A DNA stretch of 64,000 nucleotides. It comes from a virus. The DNA lies in IMG/VR virus record IMGVR_UViG_3300036852_000741, positions 41,352 through 105,351 of that record. One strand, written 5' to 3'. Positions 58,314 to 64,000 of this stretch are shown here, piece by piece. Under the pieces are notes generated by a model, which was not told the origin of the DNA, did not search any database, and worked only from the letters and a program-made list of their open reading frames with translations. Each line of letters opens with the position of its first letter. Position 1 is the first letter of the stretch. The position numbers were made by a program, and so were the translations under genes.

Positions 58314-59771
58314 TTGCCTGGCACGTTCTCCAAGGCATCTCGGCCGCGCCGTCCGGGGGCCTACGTCAACTTCGAGGCGGTCCAGCCGACCGTGCTGCCG
58401 CCCGCGACCGGCTCGGTGGTCGCGATCCCGCTCGTGCACGACTGGGGGCCTTTCAAGACGCCGACCCTCGTGCGCTCCTACGCCGAGTTTCTGGCGACGT
58501 TCGGCTCCTCGGAGACCGCGGGTCGCCTGGCGGTTCGGCAGGCGTTCCAGGGCGAGGGGCTGCCCGGTCGCCCCGGCGCTGGCGCTGTGCTGGTCTACCG
58601 CTTCGGGGCTGCCGCGGCGGCGAAGGCGACTCGCATCCTCCAGAACACCACGCCGGCCACTGCGCTGACCCTGACGGCCAAGTACGAGGGCGCGCTGGCC
58701 AACGACCTGACGGTGACGGTGCAGACGAACGCCACCGACGCTTCTCAGAAGGACGTGATCCTCTACCTCGATGGGGTGGAGGTGGAGCGCTACACGCAGA
58801 CCGCTACCGATGTGGACGGCCTGGCCGCCAAGATCACCGACCTTTCGCGCTACGTCGCCGCCGTCTCGAACATCAGCGGCGTGGCGCTGAACAACGTGAC
58901 CGCCCAGGCGTTCACCGGTGGTAACGACGGTGCCACGCTGATTGCCGGCGACTGGACGGCGGCGATGTCGGCGCTGGAGTTCGAGCGCTTCGGCATCCTG
59001 GCGCCCTACGACCTCACGGACTCCTCGATTCTGGCGTCGCTGAAGACGTGGGCTCAGGGGCGCAACAGTTCCGGCCAGCGGTTCATGGTGGTCGTGGGCG
59101 GGGCGGCAGCGGAGTCGGTGGCCACGGCCAACAATCGTTCGACCACGCTCAACGACCCGGTGTTCGTCAACATCGGCGGCGTGCAGGTCACCGACGAGAC
59201 CGAGGATGCGGGGGCGCTGTCGACCTCCCAGCTTGCCCCGCGGATCGCCGGCATCCTCGCTGCCCGGGGCGAGAACCGCTCGATCACTTTCGCCCGGCTG
59301 GCGGGACTCACGCTCACCGTGGCGCCCACCAGCGCCGAGGTGGACCAGGCGTTCAACGCCGGCACGCTCGTGCTCTCGCGCGACTCGAACTTCAACGCGC
59401 CGGTGCGCGTCGAGAAGGCGCTGACCACCTTCTCGACCACGACCGAGGTGATCCGCCCGTACGCGATCTTCCGCAACCCGAAGTTCGTGCGCACGATGAT
59501 GGGCCTGGAGACCGAAATCACCGAGTTCGCCGAGTCGCCGGGGATCATCGGGGAGCTTGGCGTCAACGACAAGACGCGGGCGGCCCTGGTGGCGGAGATG
59601 TCGGCGCGGCTGAAGGGTCGCGAGGACGCCGGAGTCCTCCAGCCCGGCTGGACGGTGAAGATCGACCAGGACCCGCCGCCCTCCGACGACGACGAGTTTG
59701 TGGCCTTGCGCTACGCGATCAAGTTCCTGCGCTCCGTCGAGCAGGTGTACTCCGTCATCGTGGTCGGCTGA
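58314..59771 (+). CDS. Contractile tail sheath protein
   Basis: RPGAYVNF, HDWGP, AKYEGALAN, FTGGNDG, VRVEKALTT. Confidence 0.9.
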   Translation: MPGTFSKASRPRRPGAYVNFEAVQPTVLPPATGSVVAIPLVHDWGPFKTPTLVRSYAEFLATFGSSETAGRLAVRQAFQGEGLPGRPGAGAVLVYRFGAAAAAKATRILQNTTPATALTLTAKYEGALANDLTVTVQTNATDASQKDVILYLDGVEVERYTQTATDVDGLAAKITDLSRYVAAVSNISGVALNNVTAQAFTGGNDGATLIAGDWTAAMSALEFERFGILAPYDLTDSSILASLKTWAQGRNSSGQRFMVVVGGAAAESVATANNRSTTLNDPVFVNIGGVQVTDETEDAGALSTSQLAPRIAGILAARGENRSITFARLAGLTLTVAPTSAEVDQAFNAGTLVLSRDSNFNAPVRVEKALTTFSTTTEVIRPYAIFRNPKFVRTMMGLETEITEFAESPGIIGELGVNDKTRAALVAEMSARLKGREDAGVLQPGWTVKIDQDPPPSDDDEFVALRYAIKFLRSVEQVYSVIVVG

Positions 59772-59814
59772 GGCGTGGGACCCGTGAAGCGCCACGACTG
59801 GAAGGAGGGCTGAC

Positions 59815-60354
59815 ATGCCCGTGACGGTCAACGAAGGGCTTTACAGAATCGGCGGGATGTACGGCGCCGCTTACCGCGCCGGCAAGCTGCTTGCGGAGGT
59901 CGTTGAGGTCACGGCGGCCGTGGAAATCAACCGCATTGAGGTGCCGCTGACGGGCTCGACCAAGCAGGGCTACAAGCCCGGCCGGGAGACCCGCGAGGGC
60001 ACCATCCGCATCCAGAAGATCGACACGTCGTGGGAACTGGAAATCTTCCAGTTCCTCTCCCAGGGCCTGGAGGAGCGCCGCGCCGCGCGCGGTACGGCGC
60101 AGGGTGCGTTGCGCCCCTTCCAGTTGGTCCTGGAGTACGACGACCCGGATGCGCTGGGCTACGAGGCGTGGCAGCTTGACGGCTGCCTGTTGTGGCGGAT
60201 GCCGCTGGGCTTCTCGATCGCGGATGACATCGTGGATCGCGAGTTCCCGCTGACGTGGGAGGCCGAGCGTCCGCTGGCGGCGTTCCGGCGCACTGGCGGG
60301 ATCAACGCGGCCACCGGCCAGCCCGCCGTCGAGTACCCGTTCTCCACGAGCTAG
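59815..60354 (+). CDS. Tail tube protein (XkdM-like)
   Basis: Follows the sheath; GYK...GTI..KI, YDDPDALG.E, EFPLTW. Confidence 0.8.
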   Translation: MPVTVNEGLYRIGGMYGAAYRAGKLLAEVVEVTAAVEINRIEVPLTGSTKQGYKPGRETREGTIRIQKIDTSWELEIFQFLSQGLEERRAARGTAQGALRPFQLVLEYDDPDALGYEAWQLDGCLLWRMPLGFSIADDIVDREFPLTWEAERPLAAFRRTGGINAATGQPAVEYPFSTS

Positions 60355-60366
60355 CCGGGGCCGACG

Positions 60367-60711
60367 GTGGCCCTGGTTGACTACCAGCGGGTCGTTGTGG
60401 AGCTTCGGAGCTACCTGCTCACGAAGCCGAACTTCGGGCAGCGCGATCTGCTGGCGACCCTCGCCCGGCTCGAAGCCGATGCGATGGTCCGCGACGACGA
60501 CTACCGCGAGTGGCTCGCCCGGTTTGGCGAGGAGGTCGCGGAGGCCGTGCTCAACCTGCTGCCCACCCCCGACCCGTCTGCGATTCCTCCCGGCGCCGCG
60601 CCGCCGGCTGCGACCCGTCAGGCGCTTCACCCGTCGATCGCTCCCGAGGGGGAGCACGAAGGAGACGCATCATGGACGCATCCCGGGAGCGCGCTCGCGC
60701 TTCACAGGTGA
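60367..60711 (+). CDS. Hypothetical protein
   Basis: ORF between tube and chaperone. Confidence 0.45.
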   Translation: MALVDYQRVVVELRSYLLTKPNFGQRDLLATLARLEADAMVRDDDYREWLARFGEEVAEAVLNLLPTPDPSAIPPGAAPPAATRQALHPSIAPEGEHEGDASWTHPGSALALHR

Positions 60712-61292
60712 TCGAGGCCGCCGGCAACGGCGGTGAGGTCGAGACGCCCGAGGGGCGCTCCGGCCCGGAGTTGATTCGCAAGGCGGCCGAGGGCACCAAG
60801 CTCACCGCTGAGGAGCAGGCCGATGCGCTGGACTGGTTTCTGTCGGCCGAGGAGGGCGAGTTCACCAAGGCCATCCGCCTGAACGTCGGCGGCCCGGTGG
60901 ACGAGGACGGCGCCGCGGTCAGCGCCGACCATCCGCCCCGCTGGGTCGAGTGGGTCGTACGCCCGCTGGACCTGGACACGATCAAGCGGGTGCGCCGGCA
61001 GGCCAGCGGCGTCTCGCGCCGGCAGCGCCGGCAGGCCGCGCAGACCGGCGAGTTTGACGACACGCTGTTCAATCTGGGCATCGTGGTCGAGGCCACCGTG
61101 TCGCCGGACCTGCTGGAGGCGGCCCGGCGCATGGGCATTGCCGACCCGCGCCAGGCGGTCAAGCTGCGCTTCCAGCACAAGTCCGGGCTGGTGGGGCAGA
61201 TCGTGGGCGAAGTGCTCGACCTCTCCGGCTACAACGAGAACGACGTGCGCGACGCCAGCGAGGTGGCCGCCGCGGGGGAATCATCCGGGTAG
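60672..61292 (+). CDS. Tail assembly chaperone (short form)
   Basis: GAAGGAG RBS; IVVEATVSPDL...LDLSGY; position. Confidence 0.75.
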   Translation: MDASRERARASQVIEAAGNGGEVETPEGRSGPELIRKAAEGTKLTAEEQADALDWFLSAEEGEFTKAIRLNVGGPVDEDGAAVSADHPPRWVEWVVRPLDLDTIKRVRRQASGVSRRQRRQAAQTGEFDDTLFNLGIVVEATVSPDLLEAARRMGIADPRQAVKLRFQHKSGLVGQIVGEVLDLSGYNENDVRDASEVAAAGESSG

Positions 61293-61525
61293 AGGGGAGC
61301 GAGGCGCGTGCGCTCTACCTGGCGTGGAAGTGGGGCGGGGCCGACCCCTACGCCTTGTTCAACGGCTTGGACGAGCGCTACGTGCCCCTCGATCCCGAGG
61401 ATGGCACCGAGCCGCTTCCCCCGCCCTACCCCTCGCGCGTGCGCTACTTCACCTACGCCTGCGCCGTCGTCGCCGAGGGCGAGCCGGTGAAGGTTCTCCA
61501 GGTGCAAGGCGGTGGCGGCAGGTGA
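61274..61525 (+). other. Programmed -1 frameshift (G GGG GAA) and extension of the tail chaperone
   Basis: GGGGGAA at 61274-61280; the -1 frame is open to TGA at 61523-61525 (IIRVEGSEARALYLAWKWGG...). Confidence 0.75.
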
Positions 61526-61608
61526 GCGTCTGGGTCGTCATCGCCATCTTCGCCGGGTTCATCGTGCTCCTCGTGCTCCTGCTCGCGTTCACCGACCGCC
61601 AATGGTGA
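61522..61608 (+). CDS. 28-aa single-TM peptide
   Basis: MSVWVVIAIFAGFIVLLVLLLAFTDRQW; GTGA coupling. Confidence 0.45.
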   Translation: MSVWVVIAIFAGFIVLLVLLLAFTDRQW

Positions 61609-61654
61609 CCGGCTCGACAGGGACCCGGAGGACTGGCGGGGTGAGCTTCCCTTG

Positions 61655-64000
61655 GTGACCGTCGAGGGGGTATTTCGCATCGTGGACCGCGCCTCGGCGC
61701 CGCTGCGGCGCATCGAGCGCCAGGCCCGGCAGACCGAGCGTGCGCTTGAGAATGCGGGCGATCGCCTGGACAACATTGGAAGCCGGTCGCAGCTTCGCTC
61801 GCTGGAGCGCACCGAGCGCGAGATGCGCAACGTGGGGCGCGAGGCGCAGGTGGCCGACCGTAACCTCAGCCGGGCGGGCACGTCGATGCGCCGCACGCAC
61901 CGGGAGTCCGACGGCCTGGGCGAGTCGGTTCGCCGGCTGGGCTCAACCTTCATCGGGCTGCGCAGCGTTATGCGGCCGGCGATGTTCCTGGGCATCCTCG
62001 CCGCCATCAAGCCGCTCATCTCGATCGTCGGGGCGCTGGGCGGCGGGGTCGCTGCCCTGGTCCCGAAGATCGTGGACCTGGGTGGGGCTGCGGGGGCGCT
62101 GCCGGCGACGTTTGCCGGGATCGGGCTGGCAGTGGTGACGGCCAAGCTCGCCTTCGCCGACCTCGGCAAGGCCATGGGCGGCAACAAGAAGGCGATGGAG
62201 CGCCTGACGCCCGAGGCGCGCAGCTTCATGCGCACCCTCAAGCAGTACAAGCCGGTCATGCAGGACCTGCGTCAGGAGGCGCAGAAGGGCATATTTCCCG
62301 GCCTGGAGTACGCGCTGCGCCGGCTTCAGCGCGGGGTGCCGGTCGTCCGTGGCTTGCTGCGGCAGATGGGCGCCGAGATGGGCCGGCAGGCTGGGGGGTG
62401 GGCGGACCTCCTCACCGGTCGGCAGAACCTACGCGACTTCCGGGCCATCGGGGAGCAGGGCGTGCGCATCTTCTCGCGCATGAGCCGCGGCGGGCAGAAC
62501 CTGGCGGCGGCGCTCATCGACATCGCAGTGGCTGCCCGGCCGTTCACCGACTGGCTGACCCGCGGGCTTCTGCGTGCTACCGCGAACTTCCGCCACTTCA
62601 TCCAGGCTGGCCGGGACAGCGGGCGCCTGACGATCTTTTTCCAGCGCGCTCGGGCCGCCGTGAGCCGGTTCGTGTCGATCTTCGGCAACCTCTGGCGCAC
62701 CTTCCGTGGGATCGGGCGTGCGAGCCGCGACCTGGGCGACGACATGTGGAAGTCGTTTGACCGGATCACCGCGGGCTGGGCGCGGTGGACGAACTCGGTG
62801 CGTGGCCAGCGGGCGCTGCGGCAGTGGTTTGAGGGCCTGCGCCCGACGCTGCACGAGCTTGCCCTGCTCACCGGCGACCTGGTACGCGCCCTGTTTCGGC
62901 TCACCGGCCCGCAGTCCCAGCGCCAGACGGCGGGCATGATCCACCAGCTTCGCGAGTGGGTCCCCGTCCTGGAGCGAATCCTGAACTCCGCCACGGCGGT
63001 GTTCGGCCCGGCGATGCTCGAAGCGATCAAGCAGTTGGGCCGCGCCGTCGAGACGATCGTCGGCCAGGCCGGGTCCCCGCTGGCGCTGTTCGTGCAGACG
63101 CTGGCCACGATCCTGCGGCTGTTCAACGACATCGTGAGCGCGGTCCCCGTCCTCGGGCGCGTGCTGGCTGTCGCCTTCACGATCTTCGCCGTCAACCGGC
63201 TGATGACCCGCATCGCGGTGTTCGGCGGCGAGGTCACGACCCTGGCCAGGAAGTGGTGGGGGGTCAAGGGCGCGGCCGACGCGGCTGCGGCGTCGGAGGC
63301 AGCGGCGATGCGCGGCGGCTTCCCCGGCGGCGGCTTTGGGGGTGGCGCCGCTGGTGGCGGTGGCGGCATGGTGGTTGGCGGTGGCCGTGGCGGCGGCGCT
63401 GGCGGCGGTCGACTGCGCGGGATGTGGGGCAACTGGCGCGAGAACGCTCGCCTGCGGGGCGTGGCGACGGCCGGCGCGACACTGGGCGAGCGCGAGGTGG
63501 CGCGAGCGGCGCTCGCTACGCGGGCGGCCCAGGGACTGACGCTCGGCGGCGCGGCGCGCGGCCGGGTGGGCGGGACGACGTATGGCGCGATGCGCAACAT
63601 CGGCTTCGGCCGTGGGGCCGCTGCGGGAATAGCTGGTACGGCCGGGCTTGGCCGGCTGGGTGGCGGCCTGCTGCGTGGCGGTGGGATGCTGCTGCGCGGC
63701 GTCGGCAAGGCCGCCTGGCCGGTTGCCGCGCTGATGGCGGGCCTGGACTTCGCCACCTTCAAGGGCAACATTCGCCAGCGTTCGCAGGCGGCGCTCTCGG
63801 GCGCGACCTTCGGGCTGATCCATCGTCCCAAGACCGGCGAGGAGCTTGAGGCCGCCGGCCAGGAGCGCGCCGGGCAGTACGTGGGGCGCTTGACGCAGGC
63901 GGAGGGCGTGACGGGACAGCGCGCCCGGGTGGGGGCCCTGCGGCGTGAGATTGGGCGAGTCCGTGCGGTCGAGACGCGGGGAGCGATGCTTCCCGGGGGC
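61655..64000 (+). CDS. Tape measure protein (partial; runs off the window)
   Basis: VTVEGVFRIVDRASAPLRRIE...; long Ala/Gly/Arg-rich amphipathic open frame after the chaperone. Confidence 0.85.
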   Translation, partial: MTVEGVFRIVDRASAPLRRIERQARQTERALENAGDRLDNIGSRSQLRSLERTEREMRNVGREAQVADRNLSRAGTSMRRTHRESDGLGESVRRLGSTFIGLRSVMRPAMFLGILAAIKPLISIVGALGGGVAALVPKIVDLGGAAGALPATFAGIGLAVVTAKLAFADLGKAMGGNKKAMERLTPEARSFMRTLKQYKPVMQDLRQEAQKGIFPGLEYALRRLQRGVPVVRGLLRQMGAEMGRQAGGWADLLTGRQNLRDFRAIGEQGVRIFSRMSRGGQNLAAALIDIAVAARPFTDWLTRGLLRATANFRHFIQAGRDSGRLTIFFQRARAAVSRFVSIFGNLWRTFRGIGRASRDLGDDMWKSFDRITAGWARWTNSVRGQRALRQWFEGLRPTLHELALLTGDLVRALFRLTGPQSQRQTAGMIHQLREWVPVLERILNSATAVFGPAMLEAIKQLGRAVETIVGQAGSPLALFVQTLATILRLFNDIVSAVPVLGRVLAVAFTIFAVNRLMTRIAVFGGEVTTLARKWWGVKGAADAAAASEAAAMRGGFPGGGFGGGAAGGGGGMVVGGGRGGGAGGGRLRGMWGNWRENARLRGVATAGATLGEREVARAALATRAAQGLTLGGAARGRVGGTTYGAMRNIGFGRGAAAGIAGTAGLGRLGGGLLRGGGMLLRGVGKAAWPVAALMAGLDFATFKGNIRQRSQAALSGATFGLIHRPKTGEELEAAGQERAGQYVGRLTQAEGVTGQRARVGALRREIGRVRAVETRGAMLPGG

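Noticed and set aside
1-64000. tRNA, rRNA, integrase, terminase, transposase
   Set aside because: None recognised. Lifestyle (temperate or lytic) and attachment sites cannot be determined from this window.

Overview
High-GC (roughly 70%) tailed-phage or prophage DNA, almost entirely coding on the + strand and probably infecting an actinobacterium. The window runs from the portal gene (5-1972) to a partial tape measure gene (about 61655 to the end). It encodes a Mu gpT-like capsid and a contractile tail (sheath, XkdM-like tube, chaperone with a GGGGGAA -1 frameshift). About 50 kb of accessory DNA separates the portal from the protease/capsid genes. That interval holds five notable things. (i) Five large modular proteins share an HPR-x(2-7)-G-[RQ]-[FW] peptide, usually close to L-x-E-A sites that also occur in the portal, protease/scaffold and capsid N-terminus. 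They carry MuF, HEXXH peptidase, ART-like, PD-(D/E)XK, Zeta-kinase, ParB-like, RelA/SpoT and peptidoglycan-binding domains, suggesting capsid-packaged, protease-released effectors. (ii) A 1.8 kb tandem array of tiny unrelated ORFs whose junctions each carry a conserved GGCTGY-N6-GCGGACG(ACC)GGAG sequence, resembling a gene-cassette array. (iii) A dispersed palindromic operator/extended -10 element (AGCTCAC-N3-GTGTGCTAnnnT), often followed by CGACCAAGG, heads clusters of small genes. (iv) A fibre module with a 3305-aa Gly/Ala repeat protein carrying duplicated CBM-like domains. (v) A frameshifted DNA methyltransferase with an out-of-frame HNH fragment. All assignments come from motifs read by eye; no database search was run.
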